A stretch of 64,000 nt of DNA. It comes from Bacilli bacterium (lineage in GTDB: Bacteria > Bacillota_I > Bacilli_A > RFN20 > CAG-826). The stretch is from NCBI GenBank assembly GCA_035361955.1, contig DAOSDC010000007.1:12682-76681 (forward strand), given 5' to 3'. The translations under genes and the position numbers were made by a program. Shown piece after piece: positions 37,521-45,748 of the stretch. How positions within the stretch are numbered: the stretch's first letter is position 1; each line of letters opens with the position of its first letter. The notes beneath the pieces are model-generated. The model did not search any database. It worked only from the letters and a program-made list of their open reading frames with translations, and was not told the DNA's origin.

Positions 37521-38689
37521 TGTTGAAGATTGTCGTCGTCGGTCTGGGCTACGTCGGATTGGCCAACGCCATCTTTTTATCACGCCATCACGAAGTGATT
37601 GGTTACGACACCGATCAAGCCAAACTTAACAAGATTGCGCAAGGCATATGTCCAATCGAAGATCAATCGATTAGGGAACATTTCGCAAATTCCAAGGTCA
37701 ACGTCAAAATCGTCACTGACCCTTACGAAGCATATCGACATGCCGATGTCGTGATTATCGCCACGCCGACTGATTATGATGAAGCATCAAACCGTTTAGA
37801 TACGTCGATAGTCGTTAAAACGGTTGCACGCGTGCTCGAACTAAATCGTCAATGCGTTATTATCATCCGGTCAACGCTTCCAATTGGAACAATCGATAAA
37901 TTAACGCTCGCATTCGATTATGAAAACATTATGTTCGTGCCGGAGTTTCTCAGAGAAGGTCTAGCGCTGTCCGACACTAATAACCCGACGCGTCTTGTCA
38001 TTGGATCTAATAGTGTAAAAAAAGAACTAGCCGCGGATTTATTATCCGCTAACTTGAAAACACCGGTTCCAATCATATACACCACCCCAACCGAAGCCGA
38101 AGCCATCAAATTATTATCAAATGCCTATTTGGCACTACGCATCGCTTTTTTCAACGAACTTGATAATTTGGCGATTGAAAAGCATCTTGACGCCAAGACG
38201 ATGATTACAGCGCTGGGACATGATCCCCGTATCGGTAACACCTACAACAACCCTTCATTTGGTTTTTCCGGTTATTGCTTGCCTAAAGACACGAAACAAC
38301 TAGTCGCGGATTTCGACACGATTCCCCACAGCATTGTCGAAGCAATTGGCAAAAGTAACGAACAACGTATCGATTTCATTGTCAGTGACATTTTGTCACT
38401 GAATCCTAAAACAATTGGAATCTATCGCTTAACGATGAAACAAGCATCGAGTAATTTGCGGCACGCGGTCATTCACGAAGTAATCAGGAAACTACGCGAA
38501 CATCGAATTGATATATTGATATACGAACCGTTATTGAAAAATTCAGGCTCCTATGAAGGATGCATGGTCGGAACCATTGATGAGTTGATTGACAAATCCG
38601 ATGTCATCGTCGCGAATCGATCCGATGAATTGATTGCGAAAGCCGGGCCAAAGTTATATACCCGCGATGCCTTTCACACCGATAAATGA
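37520..38689 (+). CDS. ugd: UDP-glucose 6-dehydrogenase
   Basis: VVVGLGYVGLANA, PEFLREG and GFSGYCLPKD (catalytic Cys). 1-nt TAATG overlap with galE. Confidence 0.9.
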   Translation: MLKIVVVGLGYVGLANAIFLSRHHEVIGYDTDQAKLNKIAQGICPIEDQSIREHFANSKVNVKIVTDPYEAYRHADVVIIATPTDYDEASNRLDTSIVVKTVARVLELNRQCVIIIRSTLPIGTIDKLTLAFDYENIMFVPEFLREGLALSDTNNPTRLVIGSNSVKKELAADLLSANLKTPVPIIYTTPTEAEAIKLLSNAYLALRIAFFNELDNLAIEKHLDAKTMITALGHDPRIGNTYNNPSFGFSGYCLPKDTKQLVADFDTIPHSIVEAIGKSNEQRIDFIVSDILSLNPKTIGIYRLTMKQASSNLRHAVIHEVIRKLREHRIDILIYEPLLKNSGSYEGCMVGTIDELIDKSDVIVANRSDELIAKAGPKLYTRDAFHTDK

Positions 38690-38690
38690 T

Positions 38691-40262
38691 ATGAAAAAGT
38701 TTATTCATCATTTAAAAACAAAAATAAAATATTATGTTTTAACGCTTTTCGTCGGTTTAAATTTCTTCATCGGCGAACAAGCGCTTTTATCATCGGAAGA
38801 CTCGGCTGACGTCAGCAACACGTTCGCCAGTTTCTTCTCGGCCTTATTCCAAGCGATAGGCCCAGTCAAAGCCGATATCGTTGAACCGGAATCAATTACC
38901 ATCAGCGGACCAGATTTAGTCATCATCGGGCAAAGCCGGCGTTTGACCCCGACGATCCTTCCAAGCGAAGCGACCGATAAAAGCGTCTATTGGACGACCG
39001 ATAACGACGAAGTGCTCGAAGTTACCACTGGTGGCATCGTCGTCGCCAAAACAATTGGCGCAGCCACGATTAGGGCGACTACTGCAATCGCAAGCGTTTA
39101 TGTCGAAACTTATATTCAAGTGATGGATTTCCCCGCGGTCAGTTCGTTTGAAATCGAGACGGAAACGACCCAAATATATGTTGGTACGACGACAAAACTC
39201 AATCTCGTTGATGTGCTACCAGAACTTGCAAGAATGGACACCGTATCATGGGAGTCATTAAATGACACAATAGCTAGCGTTAACGAATACGGGGTTGTCA
39301 AAGGACTTGACGTTGGTACGGCGTCTATCAAAGCTTCAGCGGGAACTTTTGAACGGACGATCGACATTTCGGTCAGTAACAGTCCGACGCCGGTGATTGT
39401 CCCGACCACGCTAGAAATATTTGGTGACACCGATGGGTTCATTTACCGATACACACAACTTACTGCCAATTTTGGTGCGGTGGTTCCCACTGATACCGGC
39501 GTTACTTGGCTATCAAGCGACATCAATATTGCTCGTGTCGATGATACGGGAAAAGTTTATGGGTATAAATTCGAAGGCGAAGTAACGATTACGGCGATTA
39601 GTCACGCCGATGATACTCTGCGTGATACATTGGTAATGAATTTTGTGAAAGTATATCCAACCAACGTGACACTTCGGGCCGCGAAAACCGAAATCGTCGC
39701 CGGACACTCATTGAATATTAATTTTGATTTTGATCCAATTGACACTTACGACCGGCAACTCGTTTGGTCGAGTAGCGATGAGGATGTCGCCACAATCTCG
39801 AGCCGTGGGGAATTTGGTCTTTTAACGGCGAAGAAAATGGGAGAAGTGACCATTAGCGCGCATTCGACCATGGATGAAAATGTCAGCGCCAGCATCCAAA
39901 TTACCATTTTAAAAGCCTCGACGCTTAATCAAGAGCAAGAACAGACGCTTTACCAATTCATCCGAAAAGGCGTCGGACATTTTTCACTATTTTTTGTCGA
40001 TGGGATACTTGGATATTTGACGCTTTACTATTTCTTAAAAGGCCAACGCCGTCACGGTAAATATTTGTTGATTACTTTAGGGATGGGGCTTATATTGGCG
40101 GTCGCACTGGAAAGCCTTCAATTTCTCGCCCCAGGACGTAGCCCGTTATTAAGCGATGCCATCATTAACTTCTTAGGTTATTTATTCGCCAGTTTGATGT
40201 TGTTCACGATATTTATCGTGCGCATTTGGCGCAAAAACCGCGCCGTCATCAAGCCCGATTAA
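38691..40262 (+). CDS. Membrane protein with four Big_2 (bacterial Ig-like) repeats inserted in a VanZ-like domain
   Basis: ATG 38691 lies just after the ugd stop; the track start at 38634 overlaps ugd. There is an N-terminal TM. Four repeats have the V.W.S.D..IA.V...G.V pattern (for example VYWTTDNDEVLEVTTGGIVVAKTIGAATIRA). C-terminal VanZ-like TMs follow (GHFSLFFVDGILGYL...ESLQFLAPGRSPLLSDAIINFLGYLF). Confidence 0.7.
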   Translation: MKKFIHHLKTKIKYYVLTLFVGLNFFIGEQALLSSEDSADVSNTFASFFSALFQAIGPVKADIVEPESITISGPDLVIIGQSRRLTPTILPSEATDKSVYWTTDNDEVLEVTTGGIVVAKTIGAATIRATTAIASVYVETYIQVMDFPAVSSFEIETETTQIYVGTTTKLNLVDVLPELARMDTVSWESLNDTIASVNEYGVVKGLDVGTASIKASAGTFERTIDISVSNSPTPVIVPTTLEIFGDTDGFIYRYTQLTANFGAVVPTDTGVTWLSSDINIARVDDTGKVYGYKFEGEVTITAISHADDTLRDTLVMNFVKVYPTNVTLRAAKTEIVAGHSLNINFDFDPIDTYDRQLVWSSSDEDVATISSRGEFGLLTAKKMGEVTISAHSTMDENVSASIQITILKASTLNQEQEQTLYQFIRKGVGHFSLFFVDGILGYLTLYYFLKGQRRHGKYLLITLGMGLILAVALESLQFLAPGRSPLLSDAIINFLGYLFASLMLFTIFIVRIWRKNRAVIKPD

Positions 40263-40996
40263 TTGTGAAAACGATTTAAAAACTGTTTCGTTCGTGACTG
40301 CTGTGGATTCATCAATACTTGCTTGCCAGAGCCGATTTCGACGATTTTTCCTTCATCGACGAAAGCAACGCGGTCAGCGACGTCTTTAGCAAACGACATT
40401 TCATGGGTTACGATGACCATCGTCAGTCCCGATTTGGTCAGCTTCTTCATCACTTCAAGCACTTCTTCGACAAGTTCGGGATCAAGCGCACTCGTTGGTT
40501 CATCAAATAGCAGGATGCGTGGTTGCATCGATAAAGCACGGGCAATGGCCACGCGCTGTTTTTGGCCACCAGATAGCGTATTTACGCTGGCATTGGCAAA
40601 GTCGGCCATGCCAACCTTATCAAGGTTTGTAATAGCAAGGGCATAAGCATCCTTACGATTCAATCTTTTAATGATTATCGGACCTAGCATGCAGTTTTCA
40701 ATTACTGATTTATTGGCGAACAAGTTAAACGATTGAAACACCATGCCGATGTCTTGACGGATATGATTGAGGGCCATAATCTCGTTGACGATATTTTGAT
40801 TTTGGTAATGAATCGCTCCTGAGGTCGGCGCTTCCAGTAAATTCATCATTCTCAAAAGCGTCGATTTTCCTGAGCCCGAACGACCGATGATGCACAACAC
40901 CTCGCCTTCGTAAACATCAAGACTGACATCATCAACGACCAAATGTTCATCGAATTTCTTAGAGATATGCTCAAGTTTTAGTATTACGTTATTCAT
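40259..40996 (-). CDS. Polar amino-acid ABC transporter, ATP-binding protein
   Basis: GRSGSGKST, LSGGQKQRVAIARAL and LLFDEPTSALD. GlnQ/HisP-type length. Confidence 0.92.
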   Translation of the reverse strand: MNNVILKLEHISKKFDEHLVVDDVSLDVYEGEVLCIIGRSGSGKSTLLRMMNLLEAPTSGAIHYQNQNIVNEIMALNHIRQDIGMVFQSFNLFANKSVIENCMLGPIIIKRLNRKDAYALAITNLDKVGMADFANASVNTLSGGQKQRVAIARALSMQPRILLFDEPTSALDPELVEEVLEVMKKLTKSGLTMVIVTHEMSFAKDVADRVAFVDEGKIVEIGSGKQVLMNPQQSRTKQFLNRFHN

Positions 40997-41756
40997 CGCT
41001 GATTTCCCCCATGACTTCTGGGACCGTTTGGCTACTGGGCGGTGAATAGCGGACTCTTAAACCAATGCCTTTCTCAAGGCGGCGTAAGAGCGCGGACATC
41101 GACAATGTTAAGACTAAATAAATCACCGAGATGATAAAGTAGACTTCGAATGGCCGAAAATTGTTAGTAATGATAAATTTTGATGAAAAGAACAAGTCGC
41201 TAACAGCGATGACGCTGAGCACCGAGGTGTCTTTGATGTTGACGATGAGTTCATTGCCAAATGCGGGAATCGCGTGTTTTAAAGCTTGAGGAAACACGAT
41301 ATGCCTTAACGTTTGCCAATACGTCAATCCGATAGCGAGACCAGCCTCTGTTTGACCCTTGTCAATCGAGGTGACGCCACCTCGAATGATTTCCGCCATG
41401 TAAGCGGCGGTGTTTAACGATACGACGACAATGCCGGCGACAAACGCGCTCCAGTACCCAAATAGCGCCAACACGCCATAATAAATGACCGTCGCTTGAA
41501 CGATCATCGGTGTGCCTCGAAACACTTGGACATAGATTTTGGATATAACGGCGCCAAGCTTTGTTATGATGCGCACAATGCGATTTCGAGGTTTAGATGA
41601 GGGCAATAGACGCAGTGTTGCTAAAAACAATCCGATTACAAACCCAAACATCGTCCCGAGCATCGAGATGGTAATCGTAACCATTACGCCTGATAGAAAA
41701 ATCGGATAATGACGTTTCAGTAAATAAAAAACGCCGGGAAAGAAACCACTTGGCAT
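40989..41756 (-). CDS. Polar amino-acid ABC transporter permease (His/Glu/Gln/Arg/opine family)
   Basis: EAA-loop block TEAGLAIGLTYWQTLRHIVFPQALK. 5 TM helices. 8-nt overlap with the ATPase gene. Confidence 0.9.
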   Translation of the reverse strand: MPSGFFPGVFYLLKRHYPIFLSGVMVTITISMLGTMFGFVIGLFLATLRLLPSSKPRNRIVRIITKLGAVISKIYVQVFRGTPMIVQATVIYYGVLALFGYWSAFVAGIVVVSLNTAAYMAEIIRGGVTSIDKGQTEAGLAIGLTYWQTLRHIVFPQALKHAIPAFGNELIVNIKDTSVLSVIAVSDLFFSSKFIITNNFRPFEVYFIISVIYLVLTLSMSALLRRLEKGIGLRVRYSPPSSQTVPEVMGEISDE

Positions 41757-41759
41757 CGG

Positions 41760-42632
41760 TTACTCGTTACTGGCAATCACGGCCGCGTCCATCCAAGCAA
41801 GCCGTGTTTCGAGGTCGATCTTTTCTAATGAAGCATCGATTTTTGCCAATAATTCCGTATCTTCGTGTCGGACGGCGATTGACACCGAGATTTGGAAATT
41901 GGGATCGTAAGTCGTCTCATCGATCCAAAATTCGACCAATGATAATTGGATGCTGTATTCATCTAACATAGTCGTGGCAATCGGCCTTTCCGCCAACACA
42001 CCATCGAGTCCCGAGTTTGGTTCAAGTAATGCCAATAAGGCATCGGGGTAGGTTTCATACGGAGTCGCGGCAATTAATCCAGGCACATATAAATCGCCTT
42101 CCTCGCCACTATCATCGGCATAATCGGCAATCAGGTCATTTTGAACCGTTCCGACTTGGGCGGCTAATCGGGCACCTGTAAAATCATCAATTGTCGTCGC
42201 ATCGGCAAAAGATGAATCGCTCCTGACCAAGATCACAAGGTCAGAAGCATAGTAGGGAGCGGAAAAACTGACGCTGTCCCGTCTTGATGGTGTATCGGTC
42301 ATCCCGGCGATAATTGCGTCGATGTGTCCCGATTGTAGTGCGGGAATCAGACCATCCCAACTGATTTTTCGGACTTGTAACTCATAGCCATTGTCGTTAG
42401 CGACAAATGAGGCGACACTAACATCATAACCAGCCACATACGTGCGCCCGATACCCAAGAAGCCGCTATTGGCAATCGGGGTGTCATCTTTGTTTGACGT
42501 CGTGAAATTAAACGGGGCGTAGGCTGCTTCAAGCCCAATCGTGAACACCCCATCTTCCAGCGTGCGATTACCGCAGCCTGAAAGCGTCAGTAGCATTGGG
42601 AGTGCCAATGCCGTTAGAATTAGCTTTTTCAT
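41760..42632 (-). CDS. Amino-acid ABC transporter substrate-binding lipoprotein (family 3 SBP)
   Basis: Lipobox LTLSGC. Blocks GLEAAYAPFNF, WDGLIPALQSGHIDAIIAGMT and FSAPYY. GGAGG SD upstream. Confidence 0.85.
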   Translation of the reverse strand: MKKLILTALALPMLLTLSGCGNRTLEDGVFTIGLEAAYAPFNFTTSNKDDTPIANSGFLGIGRTYVAGYDVSVASFVANDNGYELQVRKISWDGLIPALQSGHIDAIIAGMTDTPSRRDSVSFSAPYYASDLVILVRSDSSFADATTIDDFTGARLAAQVGTVQNDLIADYADDSGEEGDLYVPGLIAATPYETYPDALLALLEPNSGLDGVLAERPIATTMLDEYSIQLSLVEFWIDETTYDPNFQISVSIAVRHEDTELLAKIDASLEKIDLETRLAWMDAAVIASNE

Positions 42633-42653
42633 TGTTATTACCTCCTATGGATG

Positions 42654-42880
42654 AAAAAAGCGGCACCGATAACCTATCGATGCCGCCATCAATCCCATAA
42701 GGAAGGGCTTCACACGATAGCGCCTCCACCAAATCCATGGTGGGAGTCCATTGGTTTGTTCAACCATGGCCCAATCATCAACGGATGTCGCCATTGATGT
42801 TTCGGCAGCCTTGCCTTTGGTTAAGGTCATCGGGTACCCCCTGTGCTTAACTACTATTCGCGGCTGCGCCTCTATCAGTA
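42654..42880 (-). promoter_or_regulatory. Lysine riboswitch (L-box) with intrinsic terminator, leader of the ABC transporter operon
   Basis: The minus-strand RNA reads CUGAUAGAGGCGCAGCCGCGAAUAGUAGUUAAGCACAGGGGGUACCC...GGCUGCCGAAAC...UUGGGCC...CCACCAUGGAUUUGGUGGAGGCGCUAUCG. This carries the L-box hallmarks AGAGGCGC, AGUAG, a GGGG run, GCCGAA and UGGAG-GC, and closes P1 with GAUAG/CUAUC. The terminator GCGGCAUCGAU-agguu-AUCGGUGCCGC plus U6 follows. CGAUAG in the terminator arm can instead pair with the P1 3' strand CUAUCG to form an antiterminator. Confidence 0.75.
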
Positions 42881-42888
42881 CGAAACAA

Positions 42889-42917
42889 AAAATAACACTA
42901 ATAATTTATCAATGCAA
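42889..42917 (-). promoter_or_regulatory. Candidate sigma-A promoter of the L-box leader
   Basis: TTGCAT - 17 nt - TATTTT on the minus strand, about 10 nt upstream of the riboswitch P1. Confidence 0.4.
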
Positions 42918-42923
42918 CGATAA

Positions 42924-42952
42924 ATAAAAAAAGACCGCTTTCATGCGGTCTT
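42924..42952 (-). terminator. Rho-independent terminator of pullulanase gene 1
   Basis: Minus strand: AAGACCGC-augaaa-GCGGUCUU followed by a U7 run. Confidence 0.78.
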
Positions 42953-42974
42953 AAAAACAATAGTTTTTAGTTTT

Positions 42975-45635
42975 TTACTTGTATAAGACGACGGAAACGT
43001 TGCCTGGTATCGTCATCGAAGCGGAACTAGTCAATGTTCCATGACTTACGAAGCCGACGTTATATCCGGTGGCGTTAATCGTGATATTGCCGATGTTGCC
43101 GTTATGGATGACGATTGCTTCTTGCCAAGCGTCGGTGACGCCACTTTCACGCACTAATTTGTAGCCCACGGTTCCGTTAGTAAACGCATAACCACCGAAA
43201 GTTGTTAAGTCGGTGAAGTTGGCAGTGATTTGAGCTGGAGTGGAATTACGGAAGATGGGATGTTGCGCTCTAATGGCAATCATTTGCTGATACTTGTCAA
43301 ATTGGTCTTTGAATTCAATCTTGCGGTCCCATTTAAGGGAATTGACTTCATCACTCGCATTATAGGAGTTGTGATTGAAACTACCATCAGGATTAATCTT
43401 TTGCCGCATCAGTTCGTCGCCCGCGTGATAGAACGGCACACCTTGAGCAAAGGTGATGATGGCGCTTGCTTGAGTGCTTACTTTTGGAGCATTGGCTTCG
43501 CTGACGCCGGAGGAGAGCAATTTATCGAATAATGTATTGTTATCATGAGCGCTGACGTAGTTGACGAGTTGATTGGGGTCAGTGCTGCTGCTATAACGGC
43601 CACGTAGCGTTTGTTTTAAGCTCGTGGTGACGTTAGCTGATGGGGCTTCGACTTGAATCCAGCCGGCTTCGGAAGCATTGAACACGCCACCGCGCACGGC
43701 ATTGCGGATTTGATCGGAAAAGGCAGCGACGCCTTTCATCGATGTCTTGAATAAATTGCGGTGGTTAGCCATCGCGGGAAGGCCATAGGTCGTCGTTGAT
43801 AGTTCCCAAGGCTCGCCATAGACGATAATGTCGGGATCGACTTCAAGAAGACTCGCACGCACTGCTTGCATCGCATCGGTGGTGTGTAGACCCATTAGGT
43901 CAAAGCGGAAACCGCCGAGTTTGTATTCGCTAGCGAGGAAGCGTGTGGAATCGACCATGAACTTTTTGAACATGAAACGTTCCGAGGCCGTGTCGTTACC
44001 ACAGCCCGATCCCGATGAATGGGCACCGGTCGCCGTATAACGGAAATAATAACCGGGAACGAGTTTATTGAAACTGGACCCATTGGCATCGGCGACGTGG
44101 TTATAAACGACGTCCATGATGATTTTAATGCCTTCGTCATCATAGGCTTTAACCATTTCTTTGGCTTCCATGATACGGACTAATCCATCATATGGATCGC
44201 TTGAATACGAGCCTTCGATGACGTTGTAATTCAGCGGGTTATAACCCCAATTGAAGGTGGGGTCGATTTCGTCGTTAGCATGATCAAACATCGGTAAAAT
44301 ATGCACGGCGTTGACGCCTAATTCTTTGATGTGGTCAAAACCGGTGGCCACAGTTGTCACCCCTTCGGTGTAAGTCGTACCTGACTCCCACATGCCGGCG
44401 AATAAACCGCGGTTAGCTTCGGTGCCAGTCCAAGTGTCATCCATCGTCAAATCGCGGACATGGAGTTCATATAACGAAGCATCGACGTTACTTTCGTATG
44501 TATCGGCATCGTTAACACTTTCCCAGCCGACTGGGTTCGTGCGTGAGAAATCGACGACCATGCCCCGCACGCCGTTAATACCAGCGGACTTAGCATATGG
44601 ATCAACGACTTCATTGGTTCCATAAGTATTGGTGACCACAAACGTATAGTATTTGCCATGGAGATCACCGGTCACGGTTTTGCTCCAAACGCCTTTGGCA
44701 CCTTTGGTCATTTCGTGGGCGGTAAATGTGTCATCGCCCCTTTCGGCGTCGAGGATCTTGGGGGTGCCAGAATCATAAATGCGCAAAATCATCGAAGCGG
44801 AAGTCGGCGCCCACACTTTGAAAGTTGTCGAAGCAGTTGAATAAATCGCCCCGAGTTCGCCGTCATAGTTATAATCGGTGGCGAATGATTCGGCTGAGAA
44901 TAGATGGTGCATCAAAATACCGGCCACGCGTGGTTTGGGATCGTTTTCAACAAAACTGACGCGAATACGGTACACCGTTTCAAAGTCAATCGTGATTGAG
45001 GAAGTATCGATGTTGAAACTTAAGCGGCTGTTAATTTGTGTTTGATTGTAAGTTAACACCACATCATCATCCGATAATACTTCGATTTGATAAGCGGGTG
45101 TCGTCGTGGTGATGGCTAGTGAAGTCGTGCTTCTGAAGAAGGCGTTACCAACACCGTTATAAACGGTACCTAAAGTATCGGTGAACACATTCATTTCCAT
45201 TGTTTTAAGGAAGACATGGTATTCGTCATGCTCGTTTGCGTCCCACTCGTCAAGATTGACGAAACGGTCGGGACTAGGGTCTTTGGCGGCCCATTCGTCG
45301 TTAGCGGTCGTTAATCTGACGATAAACCCGATTTGACGGGCACCAGTCCAATTCGACAGCGGATAATGGGCATAGACTCCGTATGAGCTCTCGCCGTTGA
45401 AATCGTAGCGGGCCCCTTCGTATCCGAAGCCCCAAAGCCATAAATTCCAACCTTCGTAATTGCTGTCGGTCCGTTGATAGTGGATCACGACGGATGGTTC
45501 GTCTAAATGCGTCTCCAGTTCGATTTGTCCGGTCGGAGTTTCGCTGGAGGGAGTTGAAGAAGATGGTTCTTGTGAGGATCCGCAAGCAGCCATTGAAAAT
45601 AAGGCGGCCAGCAGCAGTGGTAAATATTTTTTCAC
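42975..45635 (-). CDS. pulA: Type I pullulanase lipoprotein (GH13 with N-terminal carbohydrate-binding modules), copy 1
   Basis: GTG start 5 nt after GGTGA. Signal peptide plus Cys (LFSMAACGSS). FNWGYNPLNYN, MDVVYNHV, GGFRFDLMG, YGEPW and YVSAHDN. Confidence 0.9.
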   Translation of the reverse strand: MKKYLPLLLAALFSMAACGSSQEPSSSTPSSETPTGQIELETHLDEPSVVIHYQRTDSNYEGWNLWLWGFGYEGARYDFNGESSYGVYAHYPLSNWTGARQIGFIVRLTTANDEWAAKDPSPDRFVNLDEWDANEHDEYHVFLKTMEMNVFTDTLGTVYNGVGNAFFRSTTSLAITTTTPAYQIEVLSDDDVVLTYNQTQINSRLSFNIDTSSITIDFETVYRIRVSFVENDPKPRVAGILMHHLFSAESFATDYNYDGELGAIYSTASTTFKVWAPTSASMILRIYDSGTPKILDAERGDDTFTAHEMTKGAKGVWSKTVTGDLHGKYYTFVVTNTYGTNEVVDPYAKSAGINGVRGMVVDFSRTNPVGWESVNDADTYESNVDASLYELHVRDLTMDDTWTGTEANRGLFAGMWESGTTYTEGVTTVATGFDHIKELGVNAVHILPMFDHANDEIDPTFNWGYNPLNYNVIEGSYSSDPYDGLVRIMEAKEMVKAYDDEGIKIIMDVVYNHVADANGSSFNKLVPGYYFRYTATGAHSSGSGCGNDTASERFMFKKFMVDSTRFLASEYKLGGFRFDLMGLHTTDAMQAVRASLLEVDPDIIVYGEPWELSTTTYGLPAMANHRNLFKTSMKGVAAFSDQIRNAVRGGVFNASEAGWIQVEAPSANVTTSLKQTLRGRYSSSTDPNQLVNYVSAHDNNTLFDKLLSSGVSEANAPKVSTQASAIITFAQGVPFYHAGDELMRQKINPDGSFNHNSYNASDEVNSLKWDRKIEFKDQFDKYQQMIAIRAQHPIFRNSTPAQITANFTDLTTFGGYAFTNGTVGYKLVRESGVTDAWQEAIVIHNGNIGNITINATGYNVGFVSHGTLTSSASMTIPGNVSVVLYK

Positions 45636-45711
45636 AATTTCACCATACGCAAAAAGTGCGTATTCCTTTCTAACTTATAATTTTACCATAGTTGCGAGTT
45701 GCTTTTTTAAA

Positions 45712-45743
45712 ATAAAAAAGCCCCGCTTTTTTTAAGCGAGGCT
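45712..45743 (-). terminator. Rho-independent terminator of pullulanase gene 2
   Basis: Minus strand: AGCCUCGC-uuaaaaaaa-GCGGGGCU (one G-U pair) followed by a U6 run. Confidence 0.7.
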
Positions 45744-45748
45744 GCTAG

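Noticed and set aside
42645-42830. 61-aa ORF on the minus strand upstream of the ABC transporter.
   Set aside because: It lies entirely within the L-box riboswitch aptamer and terminator. It has no SD and no protein-like composition.
42654-42880. My initial idea was that this leader is a T-box riboswitch.
   Set aside because: I could not find the conserved T-box sequence (AANNGGGTGGTACCGCG-like) or a specifier-loop/AGAGA arrangement. The AGAGGCGC...GCCGAA...UGGAG-GC pattern fits the lysine riboswitch much better.
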